Shown here in pieces: positions 8,985-20,600 of a DNA stretch of 64,000 nt; the first letter of the stretch is position 1; every line of letters starts with the position of its first letter. The notes under the pieces were generated by a model. It worked only from the letters and a program-made list of their open reading frames with translations. It was not told the origin of the DNA and made no database searches. The translations under genes were made by a program, and so were the position numbers. The DNA is from a virus, in the IMG/VR virus record IMGVR_UViG_3300032241_002679, positions 77,844-141,843 of that record; one strand, 5' to 3'.

Positions 8985-10790
8985 TTAATCTATTAAAAAT
9001 CTATCGATACTTTCTATCAAACGTTCCTTTTTGATAATTCTGTTTTCTACGTATGGTTTTGATTCTTCACGATTTTTAAATACCCATGACCCTGGCGTAC
9101 TTGGAGCAGTAACAACATCCCAACAAATCAATTCAAAGTCATCTTGTACAATTAAATCACCCTTGACTTCTTTAAGACTACCAACACCCCTTGATGATAC
9201 ACCAATCATTATATTATGACGTAATAAATCTGCTACTAAATCTCCTTTAGTAGATACTATACCATAAGTCTGATATCCTTTAGTCATGAGGATTTCCATC
9301 TTACCCATTAGGGTATGATCCTCCCACCATGTTTCAATAATATTGTGTGAAATTCTATCCGCTGAAATAACGCTTGATTCTGGGTGGTCACAATTATGTG
9401 TCCATGCAGATGCGTTGTTATATCTCATAAGCCATGTGTTATTAGGTACAGAGACACAATAAACATTATCATTAATTTTTTCTAATTCTGCTTTTATAAA
9501 CCTATTATCTAATGATATACTTGAAGAATTTTTTTCGGATACTATATACAATGGTTTTGAATTAGAGGCTAATATCTTTCTTTTAATTTTTTTACTTATG
9601 ACTGAAACAGTTCCATTTTCATCCTCAACTTCATTTTCAACTTCATTATCAATAATGTACCTATCAGTTTGTATTCTAGTATTAATTGAAGCACCACTAC
9701 CTAATTTTAATATTATTTCATAGACATCATCAGCTAATTTTTTGGATGTTGTATAATACTCTCTGAGTAGTTCTCCCTTCAAATTATGCCTATTTCTTCC
9801 GTCACCCATTAACAACCATTCAAATAATATATTTAATATTTCAACACTCCAATTTTTAGCATAATTTGGAATATACTTTTCCCAAGAATTTCCTAAAACT
9901 TTTAAATGTTCATATAAATTTTTATCTGTTATAATGAATTGTCTATTATTTGATACCCTATATTTAAATGGTAATCTATTAAGTAGCTCTATTAATTTTT
10001 CTTGTTGAACTGATTTGGTCTGTGTTATAATAACATTATTTATAGTTTTACCGCCACGGCTACCAGAAGTATGCCCCTCAGCAATAAAAATACCTAAAAA
10101 TGCAGCCCAATCTTTTATATCTATTTTAATATCTGTATTTGGTAAAATGAAAAATTCTTCATTTTTACCATTCCAATTACCACCATAATGAATAGAGGAA
10201 TGAGATAATGTAGAATTTTTATTTTTCAATTTCTCATAAAATTCAATAGCTGTTAATTCATATGGTTTATTATACCTATCCCAAAGAATCATTTTATGGT
10301 TCTTTGTTAATTTCATATCTAAAGAACATTTTTTATTATATATGTGAACTAATTCGTCATTATATTTTTTTTCAATTGTATATGAAATTGGCTGTAATTC
10401 AATCTCATTTTTATTTACATTAAGTGTAAAAATTTTCTCACCAGCTACAACATCTGTTATATTTTTCCAGCCAGTACTTGTCAATATTTCTGTGTCTCTG
10501 GTAACACATTCACCGACAGCTCTTCTTTCTCTTATATTTTGTTGATAAATTTCATTCTGTTTTCTTAGAATATCTTCTGGATATATTCTACCGTTACGGT
10601 TTTTTACATTGTATTTTTGAAGAACGACATATACTATTAATTTGTCTGAAGTACTAGATTTTAAATCTATTTTTTCAAATTCACGTATAATATTTTTATT
10701 TCTTTCATCCAATGGTGAAATAAACCCTGCATCCCCTTCAATTAAAAATCCATAACCAGTTTCATTAGCCTTTAATATTTTTATATCCAT
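8985..10790 (-). CDS. gp21: Prohead protease (T4 gp21-like) with LAGLIDADG intein
   Basis: KNRNGRIYP, GE-[intein]-CDHP, GVSSRGVGSL, WDVVTAPSTPGS; start reassigned to MDIKILK downstream of ATATTTAT. Confidence 0.93.
   Translation of the reverse strand: MDIKILKANETGYGFLIEGDAGFISPLDERNKNIIREFEKIDLKSSTSDKLIVYVVLQKYNVKNRNGRIYPEDILRKQNEIYQQNIRERRAVGECVTRDTEILTSTGWKNITDVVAGEKIFTLNVNKNEIELQPISYTIEKKYNDELVHIYNKKCSLDMKLTKNHKMILWDRYNKPYELTAIEFYEKLKNKNSTLSHSSIHYGGNWNGKNEEFFILPNTDIKIDIKDWAAFLGIFIAEGHTSGSRGGKTINNVIITQTKSVQQEKLIELLNRLPFKYRVSNNRQFIITDKNLYEHLKVLGNSWEKYIPNYAKNWSVEILNILFEWLLMGDGRNRHNLKGELLREYYTTSKKLADDVYEIILKLGSGASINTRIQTDRYIIDNEVENEVEDENGTVSVISKKIKRKILASNSKPLYIVSEKNSSSISLDNRFIKAELEKINDNVYCVSVPNNTWLMRYNNASAWTHNCDHPESSVISADRISHNIIETWWEDHTLMGKMEILMTKGYQTYGIVSTKGDLVADLLRHNIMIGVSSRGVGSLKEVKGDLIVQDDFELICWDVVTAPSTPGSWVFKNREESKPYVENRIIKKERLIESIDRFLID
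9393..10508 (-). mobile_element. Intein, 372 aa, LAGLIDADG type, in prohead protease
   Basis: CVTRDTEIL...VYCVSV..WTHN/C; FLGIFIAEG and WLLMGDG motifs. Confidence 0.92.
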
Positions 10791-10826
10791 AGATAATTTT
10801 ATTATAATAAATATGCTAATGGACAT

Positions 10827-10855
10827 AAAAAAAACGCCAAATAGTTTTGGCGTTT
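10827..10855 (-). terminator. Intrinsic terminator
   Basis: aaacgccaaa-tag-tttggcgttt stem with an adjoining A tract. Confidence 0.75.
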
Positions 10856-10878
10856 AATTTTTAATTTTTATTTTATCT

Positions 10879-11322
10879 TTATTTTTTTCTTTTATGAAAT
10901 TCAAAAATTTTATTATTCTCAAAAGATTTACTAATGACATGATTAATTACTTCTTCAATCTTTGGTTTAATTATTTCTGAATTTATTGGTATTTCAGTAT
11001 CCATAAATAATGTTATTTCGCAATTTAAATAACTCTTTTTACCAAATTTTACACCTGATTTTCTTATGTCAAAATCAACAATTGTATAATCTTTCATAAA
11101 TGGTGTAAAGAGATTTTTTTTAATAAAATCATAGATATTTTGTCTAATACATTTATCAAAATTTTTGATGATTCTATTATAATTAATATTATCATTAATG
11201 AGGGGTTCAACCCATGAAGAAATATTAATATATAATGCTTTAGGGTTTTTATTGTTTACTGTTCCATAAACAATATTATAATTTTTAAAAACGTCTAACT
11301 TAAGTTCTTTTCCATATTTCAT
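10879..11322 (-). CDS. Hypothetical protein
   Basis: Likely start MKYGKEL; TTGACA-N17-TATACT lies over the called TTG start. Confidence 0.6.
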   Translation of the reverse strand: MKYGKELKLDVFKNYNIVYGTVNNKNPKALYINISSWVEPLINDNINYNRIIKNFDKCIRQNIYDFIKKNLFTPFMKDYTIVDFDIRKSGVKFGKKSYLNCEITLFMDTEIPINSEIIKPKIEEVINHVISKSFENNKIFEFHKRKK

Positions 11323-11373
11323 ACCTGGTATTTTTTCCAAGTATAGACAAAATTTTTGGTAGTGTCAAGGAAT

Positions 11374-11718
11374 TTATTTCATTTTTGCCCAATAAATAAT
11401 AATAAACCCCATTACAATTTGAATAAAAGTTATAATAGCAATAGTAGCAACCCATTTATTCTTTTGTTTATAAATTTCGTCTTTTGCTTCTTTCATTTGT
11501 ATTGGTGACCATACATCAGTCACTTTCTCAATCCATAATTTTTGGTCTATTACCAATCTTTCAGTATTTTTTAAATCAGATAGTGTTGAAGTCATTTCTT
11601 GAAAACGAGTATCTATTTCTTCTCTCATTTTCTCATAATTATCATTTAATCTTTCTAGTTCCTTTAATACTAATTTGCTGTAATCACCCCACGTTTCATT
11701 TTTTTCTGGCGTTGACAT
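11374..11718 (-). CDS. Coiled-coil protein with C-terminal TM helix
   Basis: Heptad pattern; WVATIAIITFIQIVMGFIIIYW. Confidence 0.6.
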   Translation of the reverse strand: MSTPEKNETWGDYSKLVLKELERLNDNYEKMREEIDTRFQEMTSTLSDLKNTERLVIDQKLWIEKVTDVWSPIQMKEAKDEIYKQKNKWVATIAIITFIQIVMGFIIIYWAKMK

Positions 11719-11719
11719 G

Positions 11720-11962
11720 TTAAGTAAATTTAAATCTATTTAATATTATTTGTATTTTAGAACAAATTTTTTCATAACATTTAAGCCTAATTTCTTTATC
11801 AGTATTCAGACTCGGATTTTCAGTTTCTAAAACTTTTTTTATTTCATTAATTACATTTTTATACTTTTCCTCTTCATCATGCTCAGTTTTTTCATACTGA
11901 CAAATTCTGTCTGATAACTCTTTTAATTTTAAAATATTTGTATTTGAGAAATTAGAAACCAT
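11720..11962 (-). CDS. Hypothetical protein
   Basis: 80-aa ORF tightly packed in the operon. Confidence 0.55.
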   Translation of the reverse strand: MVSNFSNTNILKLKELSDRICQYEKTEHDEEEKYKNVINEIKKVLETENPSLNTDKEIRLKCYEKICSKIQIILNRFKFT

Positions 11963-11976
11963 AGTATTATAATTTT

Positions 11977-12744
11977 TTAATTAATAAGATTATTTTTAAG
12001 ATCAATTAATTTTATTATTTTTTCAAGTAATTGATTTTCATTAATATTTTTATCTTTTAATAATTTTTCTTTTACTTTTATTAATTTATCCTTTGATTCT
12101 TCATTTGTATTTTCCAATAAATTATTTACCAATTCAAGACATTCATTAACGGTTTTATTATAATATTCTTTTTTAGAATTTAAATCAGAATTTAATAACA
12201 CTTTTAATAGTTCTTTATCCTCTAAATCTAAATCAGCATATTTTTCATTATATTTCTCAACCATTATCTTTGTTATAAGACTATTTGGTAAATCAATACT
12301 TTCATTAATTTTTGGTAATTCATTATTATTAATATAATTAATAATATTTTTAAGTTCATTAGTTATTTTGTCTACATTGTTAGCATTAGATTCCGTTAAT
12401 ATTAAATAAGATAATGATTCATGAAGTTTATTATCCTCAGTTTTATTTAATTTTTTATTCTCCAATAAATTTAATAATTTTTTATTTTCCTCTAAAATAT
12501 CATGAACTTTATATTTTTTTAAAATTTTAATATTTTCTGATACATATAGTGCAGCAGAATTAAAATCTTTCTCTATCTTAGTTTCAATATTATTATAGAC
12601 TAAAAACTGATCTTTTAATATTTCACTTTCTTTTATAGTCTTTAAATATTTTTTAAAAAGATTTTTGCTCTTCTTATCCTTTTTTATAATTCCGTCAATA
12701 AGAATATTATTGAAAATTGTCTTTATATTACCAAAATCTTGCAT
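11977..12744 (-). CDS. Putative prohead core protein
   Basis: Helical, directly after portal, several [IL]xE sites, ATATTTAT upstream. Confidence 0.5.
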   Translation of the reverse strand: MQDFGNIKTIFNNILIDGIIKKDKKSKNLFKKYLKTIKESEILKDQFLVYNNIETKIEKDFNSAALYVSENIKILKKYKVHDILEENKKLLNLLENKKLNKTEDNKLHESLSYLILTESNANNVDKITNELKNIINYINNNELPKINESIDLPNSLITKIMVEKYNEKYADLDLEDKELLKVLLNSDLNSKKEYYNKTVNECLELVNNLLENTNEESKDKLIKVKEKLLKDKNINENQLLEKIIKLIDLKNNLIN

Positions 12745-12790
12745 TTTAAATTATTTATATTTAATAAATATCATTATTAGATTAAAAGAA

Positions 12791-15700
12791 TTATTCACTC
12801 TCTAACATATCATCTATTTCCCTTATCATTGTATTTACACTCTCATTAATATGTACGTTTTTATCATAAATTTTAACCTTTTCAATTGGTTTAGGTTCAT
12901 TATCAACCATTTCAATTAACTTATTAACAAATAACCCCTTATATTTTTCAGTTCTTTCATTTAATTTTTTGGAGATTTTTTCTTTCTCCTCTTTAAGAAG
13001 GTTTTCGATTTTTTTAATATTTTCAGCCGTTGGTGGTGCTTCAGTCTCTGGTTTTTCTGCCCCAGCAGCTTCAGCAGCCCCAGCTTCAGGGCCACCAGCC
13101 TCAGCAGCTCCAGCTTCAGGACCACCAGCTCCAGCCGCTTCAGCTCCTTCGGTTTCTTCTGTACCCTCTGCTCCAAAATTTAAATCGGCTTCAGTAGTTC
13201 CACCACCACCAAATCCACCGCCTCCACCACTGAATCCGCCACTAGGTTCTTTTCCTTCTTCAGTACCTCCTGTACCCCCTTCAAGTGCTTTATTCATATC
13301 GCCATATATTCTATCAACCGTATCAAACATACCAGTATGTTTAATAACACTTGCAGAATTTGCGAGTTCCGCAGCAGCAGCTTTTTCCATACGCTGTTCT
13401 AATAGATCTTGTTTAATTTCATTATCAGGCCATCCAAATATTTCTCTTCTGGCTCTTGTCATACTCATTGCGCCAAAACCATTACCAGCATCACTAACAG
13501 CATCTTTATATAATGTAACTTTTAATTGCATATGTTCAACCTTAAGCATTTCTGCTTGTGTTGACGGATTATTTAATGTTATTGTGAAATTATCCAACTC
13601 ATCTTCAAATCCCAATAAATACAAATGAATAATTATAACCTTATTTAATTCTTGAAGCATCGATTGTTGAATTCTATTAATTGTTCTTGAGAAACGTATA
13701 TCTTGAAGTGCTAAATTTTTACCCTCACCAGTAGTTTCATCAAAGCCTAAAAATGGTTTAGGTACTCTCAATGCTGTGAATAATTTTTTCTGAAGATACT
13801 CAATATCTGCAATCTGATCCAAATTAGAATTTTTTACATAAATACCTGATTCTAAAGCAAATGTGTGGTTTTTATTAAATTTTTCCTCACCATCAACAGT
13901 AATTGTACCTGTATCTTGTGTGTCATCTAACCATTCAATATTAATTATTTTATGATTATATAATTCTATTTTATTTTCTTTTTCAATATAGTATTTCCAA
14001 GCCCTAACATTTTTATATCCTAATTCTTCAGCAGTTATTTTACACCATTGACGATAATTTTTAAAACCACGTTGTTTAAGCATTTTTTCTAAATGATTAT
14101 GCGTAAATTCATTTAGATTTGTTAATGCGCTTCGTATATTTGTATTATTACTTCTAAATTCATTAATAAAAGTTTCATTTGAATTTAAAACAGATAATGT
14201 TAGATCAGCTCTACCTAATTTATTATATTCCCCTAAAAACATATCATATAATTTATCACTAAATATTATATTCTGATTTTTAGAAAAAACACGTTTTTTA
14301 TACCCCTCTTTTTTCCATTGCTCTGAAGCAATTTTAGAAAATTTCTCTTTAAATTCTAATGTTGATTTAACATTACTAATTGCTTTTCCCCTTAATGAAA
14401 TTATATCATTTTTATTTGGGTTATCATCAAATGTTTTTTTAGCTTTATTTCTAGATTTTATTGAATTATTTTTAGAATTGTTTGCCCTAAATATTTTTTC
14501 TTCTTTGGTTAAATTACTAATATATTTATTTATTCCATTAGTTATTTTTTCTTTATTTAATTCTGGATTAGCCCAAATAGTTTCTTTTATAACTGATTGA
14601 TGATATCTCATATGATCACCACCGTTCATCCAAACTATATTATCTGGATTATTATTAAATCTATTATGATCCCTATGATGTCTAATTTTTTTATCACTGT
14701 CACTATATTTTTCATCGAAAATAAATTCCTTTATTAAACCAAATTTATCTAGTTTATCGGTAACTAATCGATGTGTAAATATCCATTCTTGTTTATTTGA
14801 ATCCCATGTTCTATGATATTCTCCGTTTGTGTTTGATTTAATTTTGGCTGTATCACTATAAAATGGCATTAAACTATCACCAATATTTAAATGTTGTGCT
14901 TCAACAAATCCGTTTGTTCTATGAACAAACTTATGATCTGGTGTGGCTATAACTTCCTTACCATTATCGAGTGTTATTTTTAATACTTGTGTATTTTTAC
15001 GTGTAATCCCAGCCCATGTAATTGGGCCTATAGTTGATTCACCAGTGTTAGGGTTGACAGAATACACCCACATATTCTTATTTCCATTATCCCATTCTTT
15101 AATAATTTCTTGTAATTCAAGGATTCTTCCGTCAAGTAATGGTATACGTGTATTCAAAGCAAGGCATGCACCTGGCAATGTATCAATGGGACTTGGCGCA
15201 TCTTCAGTTCTAACGGGAATAAAATAATCCTGATCGTTCGAATTTCTTAAGAATGAACCACTTACGGATACATTATTTTCATAATCTAATGATAAAGCTG
15301 CAAAATTATGTCTATCATTCTCCCCATTTGGACCAACTACGGTCATGCAATACACATCATCACCTCCAACTATTTCAATAGATTTAACTTTATGATTTTT
15401 ACTATGTGAATTAATGTAATCGGTTATTGTTTCAAAACCCTCTTCAATTAATAATCTTTCTATGACAGTACGCTCAATTTTACGTTGACGATGTAATCTT
15501 CTATTAGTATTTATCGAAATAATATGATTTAATTGCTCATCCTCATTTAAAAATTCTACTAAAGTTTTTCTATTTTTTATTTTTTTATTGATAATATTTT
15601 TTCTAATTAATTCCCAAATAATAGAATCAAATTTAATTTGCATTGCTTTAGACCTAACTTTTTTCTTTTCTGGATTAGACCAATCTTTTAACTGAGCATC

Positions 15701-17368
15701 TTTCCTTAGGATATTATGTTGAGTATGTAAATCAGAATGATTATATTCGATAAATGTACTAGCCCAATCTTGTTCTTTGGCTAATTCAATATTTCTAATA
15801 CGTTTTTTTTCAGATTTATTATATTCTATTAGTTTTGGCACAACTTTATTATATAATCCATTTTTCCATTTGGTTTTCATTAATTCTTTATGATAGTTTT
15901 GATGCTCATGCCAATTAGTCCATAAAAGATTTTCTGGGTTATTGTTTTTAGAATTAAAATCTATATGGTGAATGGTATTATTATTTTCTCCTAAATTACT
16001 AATTTCCTTTGCTACAAATCTATGCGTAAATTCATATTTTCCAGTTTTAGGATTAAATACTCTATAATACTTGCTAGCATTTGGTGTAGTGGTAAATGCT
16101 TTTTCATCACGATAAAAAGGCATTAAGGAATCATTTTCTTTTAATTCATCAGCTCTTTTATGAGAACCATCTCTCAATATAAACGGATGTTCTGGTGCTG
16201 TTGTTATATGTGTATTATCATCTAGCCATATTTTGATCATTTTTTCTGCTGTATAGTTTTTTCCACACCATTTAACTTTACCGCCAACAAGTTGGTGGGT
16301 TTTATCGTTAATTGAGTGAACCCAATTTTCTTTACCCTCATCATATTCTTTAGCTAGTTCTTCTATTGTAAGTGTCCTACCATCTAATAAGGGTATAGGT
16401 GTATTTTTCCATACGGGAAGTTGATTATATCTCAAATCAACTTGACCAGTTTGAGGATCAACCATTGGTGTACGTTTAAATCTATTTGCAATTTCATTTA
16501 CATATGACTCAACGTCTTTATCATCTATATTACCTACATATATTTTATATATCCTTCTTTCAGGTGCTCTAGTAACACGATAAACAAGCATGGCATCTTC
16601 AGACAATAAAAGTTGTTTCCAAATTCTACGTGCTTTTTCTAATAAACTTGTGCCATATGGCAATCTACGATCATCGCCAAATATTCTAAAATGTGCTATT
16701 TGCCAAGAATTAAATTCAACATCTCTACCACGCCAATAAAATTTAACTTTATCTGCTTTATAATCTTCATTCATTCTTTGTGTAAGAATATCATATAATG
16801 CGCCATCCCTACGTTCCATTTCATAATTAGGCATTTGTTTAGCGCCTACAATACCATTTTTTTCATCAATATGCAAGAAAACAAAATTATCGCCATATTT
16901 TACAGTATTTCTAGTCCACATTGGAAGTGAGGTATGAATATCTAATCTATTAAATAATAAATCTTCAATTATGCCTTTTACTCTTTTACTATCAGAATAA
17001 ACATTAACCATACGACCATTATTATTTAATGTCGTACTTTCTTCCATAAAAATATCTAAAGCTGCGGCTATTTCTGGATAAAATTCCATTGCCTCAAAGT
17101 CTGAATAAGAACCAATCCTTGTTGTTTCATAATTAACAGCTTGTTGAAAAAGACCATGTTCTACTTTTTTCCAAACTTGGCCTAAATATTTATTCTGTTG
17201 AGCTTGTAATTTTGCTATTTCATATTCTTTCTTATCAGTTGTTTTAAGAAGAACATCATTATTCATCTTATATCTCTGAGTCTGTTGTTGGGTCTGTTTA
17301 ATTTTAAAACCATCAGGGCCTAATATTTGCCCTAATTTTTGAAATATTGTTAAATTATTTTTTGCCAT
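12791..17368 (-). CDS. gp20: Portal protein (T4 gp20-like) with two inteins; about 687 aa mature
   Basis: EDAMLVYRVTRAPERRIYKIYVGN, DYFIPVR..IDTLPGA, LFTALRVPKPFL. Confidence 0.95.
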   Translation of the reverse strand: MAKNNLTIFQKLGQILGPDGFKIKQTQQQTQRYKMNNDVLLKTTDKKEYEIAKLQAQQNKYLGQVWKKVEHGLFQQAVNYETTRIGSYSDFEAMEFYPEIAAALDIFMEESTTLNNNGRMVNVYSDSKRVKGIIEDLLFNRLDIHTSLPMWTRNTVKYGDNFVFLHIDEKNGIVGAKQMPNYEMERRDGALYDILTQRMNEDYKADKVKFYWRGRDVEFNSWQIAHFRIFGDDRRLPYGTSLLEKARRIWKQLLLSEDAMLVYRVTRAPERRIYKIYVGNIDDKDVESYVNEIANRFKRTPMVDPQTGQVDLRYNQLPVWKNTPIPLLDGRTLTIEELAKEYDEGKENWVHSINDKTHQLVGGKVKWCGKNYTAEKMIKIWLDDNTHITTAPEHPFILRDGSHKRADELKENDSLMPFYRDEKAFTTTPNASKYYRVFNPKTGKYEFTHRFVAKEISNLGENNNTIHHIDFNSKNNNPENLLWTNWHEHQNYHKELMKTKWKNGLYNKVVPKLIEYNKSEKKRIRNIELAKEQDWASTFIEYNHSDLHTQHNILRKDAQLKDWSNPEKKKVRSKAMQIKFDSIIWELIRKNIINKKIKNRKTLVEFLNEDEQLNHIISINTNRRLHRQRKIERTVIERLLIEEGFETITDYINSHSKNHKVKSIEIVGGDDVYCMTVVGPNGENDRHNFAALSLDYENNVSVSGSFLRNSNDQDYFIPVRTEDAPSPIDTLPGACLALNTRIPLLDGRILELQEIIKEWDNGNKNMWVYSVNPNTGESTIGPITWAGITRKNTQVLKITLDNGKEVIATPDHKFVHRTNGFVEAQHLNIGDSLMPFYSDTAKIKSNTNGEYHRTWDSNKQEWIFTHRLVTDKLDKFGLIKEFIFDEKYSDSDKKIRHHRDHNRFNNNPDNIVWMNGGDHMRYHQSVIKETIWANPELNKEKITNGINKYISNLTKEEKIFRANNSKNNSIKSRNKAKKTFDDNPNKNDIISLRGKAISNVKSTLEFKEKFSKIASEQWKKEGYKKRVFSKNQNIIFSDKLYDMFLGEYNKLGRADLTLSVLNSNETFINEFRSNNTNIRSALTNLNEFTHNHLEKMLKQRGFKNYRQWCKITAEELGYKNVRAWKYYIEKENKIELYNHKIINIEWLDDTQDTGTITVDGEEKFNKNHTFALESGIYVKNSNLDQIADIEYLQKKLFTALRVPKPFLGFDETTGEGKNLALQDIRFSRTINRIQQSMLQELNKVIIIHLYLLGFEDELDNFTITLNNPSTQAEMLKVEHMQLKVTLYKDAVSDAGNGFGAMSMTRARREIFGWPDNEIKQDLLEQRMEKAAAAELANSASVIKHTGMFDTVDRIYGDMNKALEGGTGGTEEGKEPSGGFSGGGGGFGGGGTTEADLNFGAEGTEETEGAEAAGAGGPEAGAAEAGGPEAGAAEAAGAEKPETEAPPTAENIKKIENLLKEEKEKISKKLNERTEKYKGLFVNKLIEMVDNEPKPIEKVKIYDKNVHINESVNTMIREIDDMLESE
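13829..15166 (-). mobile_element. Portal intein 2, 446 aa, HNH
   Basis: PGA/CLALNTRIPLLDG...ATPDHKF...RHHRDHNRFNNNPDN...YVKN/S. Confidence 0.92.
15242..16417 (-). mobile_element. Portal intein 1, 392 aa, HNH, atypical Pro at position 1
   Basis: YNQL/PVWKNTPIPLLDG...TAPEHPF...IHHIDFNSKNNNPENL...VYCMTV...FLRN/S. Confidence 0.85.
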
Positions 17369-17410
17369 ATTTTTTTATATATTATAACGTTTTTATTTAA
17401 AAAATAAAGA

Positions 17411-17665
17411 CTATTCTATATAGCCACAAGCTACATATGCTGATCTTTCTATTATACCATTTACAACAGAAATATTATATACATAATTCACTGTCCAGTC
17501 TTGTCCCTGTGAATTAGCTGTTGCATTACAAAAATTATTTGTTACTTGTTGATTTAATAAAGAAGTAGCTCTTTTTTTAACATTAGCCTCTGGGCTCCAA
17601 GTATATAAATTACTATCAAAAGTTTTAAGAGTATATTTGCCTCTTTTTTGTGCTTTTTGTGCCAT
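17411..17665 (-). CDS. Hypothetical protein between terminase and portal
   Basis: 84-aa ORF co-oriented in the packaging module. Confidence 0.55.
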   Translation of the reverse strand: MAQKAQKRGKYTLKTFDSNLYTWSPEANVKKRATSLLNQQVTNNFCNATANSQGQDWTVNYVYNISVVNGIIERSAYVACGYIE

Positions 17666-17678
17666 ATTTTTTTAAATT

Positions 17679-20600
17679 TTATCTAGCGCCACTAAATAAC
17701 CACATATATTGTCCAGTTGGATCTTGCATATTTTTTGCTACAATTGGACTAAAATTTGGTCTTTCTGTCTGTTTTTTATATCTATTATTATTTGATACAA
17801 AACCATGTCCCTTCATTCTATCATTTATAATTTCATTAGGACTATTTGGACTAATCCAACTGCTTAACATTGCTTTTGTCTGTTTTTCAAGTCTTTCAAG
17901 ATTTTTAAAAGAATGTTCCAATACCCACAAACACATTGCCATTGCAAAAATTAAATCGTCATGATAACCATCCATATGGTCTGGCCTTCCATTTTTAAAT
18001 ACAAACGTTTTCATTTCTGAAATCATTCTAATTGATTTAATTTTTACTAAATTATTTCTGACTTTTTCTTCGAAGTTTGATATCATCTGTAGACGTATGC
18101 TACTTACTTGAAGGCCTGGTACTTTATTATCTTTTTTAAATGTTTCCATTTGTTTTTGCTTACTTGATAATATTTTACCATTTGGAGTATCGTAATGAAG
18201 TCTCTTGTAATCAAATTCCAATAATTTTAAAACAGTAGAGACACCCATACCACCAGTAATATCCACAATTGTATAGGCCTTATATAATTCACCATATTCC
18301 TCAACTAATTGAGCCAATAAGTCTGGCTGTATTTTACCTTGATATTCCATAACTTGTTCCATGGTTGTGAAGTCCAATATTACTATTGTTGATGAATCCT
18401 CACCATCTCCACGACTTACGTCAACCCCCATGATGTATTGATGCCCCTCTTCTGGCTTCTTCCAAATCCATATTTCATTCTCACTACCATCAATAAAAAG
18501 AGGGTCCTCGACATTAAATTTTTTCTGTTCTTCAATTATTTCTTCACTAATGACATTACCACCACTACCAATAAATGATACATCCAATTCCTGTGCGATC
18601 ATTTTAGCATCATTATTCATACCACGACACATCTCCTCATACCATGAAGATGTTGGTTTATACCCATTTAATATTTTATTATTATATGACTCAAATGTAA
18701 ATTCAAATTCCTCTATTATTTCATCACCCTTAATCCATTTTAAATCTTTATTATATCTCAGATCCTCATACCATTTCATTTCAATTATATTGAAATTATT
18801 TTTTTTAGCTTTAGACTGAGCATATGTCTCATAATATAACTTATCCATACCATTTGGTGTGGATATAAGGGTAGCTTTTCCTCCAGTATTATGGCTTATA
18901 ATACCATTACTAATAAAAGAATTGGTTTCTGGCACATGTAAATCATAGGTATAGTTTTCAGATTTTGAAATTTCAATAATTTCATCAACATAAAAATTTT
19001 TATTAATTTCTACTTTTCTATTTATATTATCTAATATTGGATGTTTTATTTTCTCATTAAGCTTATCAATTGCGTTATATGTTAAACGACTGTATTTTGA
19101 ATTCCAAAATCTTTCTAAAAATCTAACTTTATATTTTGGAATTTTATTATCTGATAGTACAGTTTCTATCTCTCTTTTTTTAACAAAAACAAATCGTTTA
19201 TTTTTAATTTTATTAATTAAAAATTTTTTCTTTTCTTGTTTTCTCTCCAATCTAAAACCGATCTCATCATAAAATTTTATTGCGTTATTTGAATATATGT
19301 ATAAATTATAAATTTCTGTTATATGTTCTTTATTTAATATAATTGAAGACTGGCTAGTTTTTTGATTTTCTTTTTTTATTCTAGAAATAATACCAAAATT
19401 TAACAATAATATTTGTAGTTTTTTAGCTAAATCATGCGATGTAGTTGAATACTTTACTTCTTTTACTGTTGAGCAACCATCCCCATCAAATAATCCCTGT
19501 AAAAATGATTTTATAACGTTCTTACTTGATTTCAAAATACAACTTGGTATTGTTTTATCTCTAGCATTATGTTTTTTAAACCCATAGTATTCTAGCCATG
19601 CAACTAATTTTTTTGAGCTTAAATAATAATGATATTCTCTAGACTTTTTAAACCCACGACCTAATTTTGAGCCATCGTTAATTAGAAAATCTTGTATCTT
19701 TTTATCACCATTAGTAATTACAATTCCACCTTTCTGAAAATTACCCTCAGCAACAAATAATCCTAATAAATAAGCAAAATCTAAATTATTATTTAAATTC
19801 GTTGGAATATTAATTTCCTTTTCGTTTATAGTTGGTTTATAATCAAAATCATATAAAAAATCGCCAAAATAGTTTTGATTATATTGTACTATTGGCATAT
19901 CGCCAACCTTAAGTTCATTAAATCTAACCCATTTATTAATTTCATTATCACTAATGTATATGGGATGTTTCCAACTACCTTCTAATTCAAGACCTAATTT
20001 TGTTTTAATTTTATAGGTTTCCCCGTATTCCGAAACAAATGTCTGGGTAACATCAGTAAGCTTTCCATACATATCACATACTTTATGCGGAGTTTCTAAA
20101 GTTGTAAAACCAATTTGTTTTTTTTCTTTAACCAATTCATCTAATTCTATTAACCCCTCCTTTGTTAAGATTAATGATTCTTTAGTTAAACAACCTAAAG
20201 CAGTCAGAGCAGCACCAAATACAATAGCCCCGTTATCAATATAGGCGGCTTCATCCATTACTAGATATGTCGGTGTAAAACCACGAAGAGCATCCTTTGA
20301 TGTAGCAACGGCTTTAATTCTACTACCATTTGGTAATCTAATTTCTTTTTTAGAATCAGTGATAAAAATTGTTTTTTCCTCATTACGACTATTGCCATAA
20401 TATTCTGGCCCCCATACCCAACGTGGAAGTTGTGATACAAAATCTTTAATTTTAGCTAAAAATTCAAAAGCTAGTTCTTGTTTATTGGCAATAATTAGAA
20501 CAGCTTCAGGATTTTCATCATCTGCAAATGCCGCTTTTATAGCGAGATATGCAGCGGTTGTTGTAGATACACCAGCTTGACGTGGTTTTGTAATTAAATT

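Noticed and set aside
13060-13150. Tandem DNA repeat in the portal 3' region
   Set aside because: Encodes a low-complexity EAGGPEAGAA linker; ordinary coding repeat
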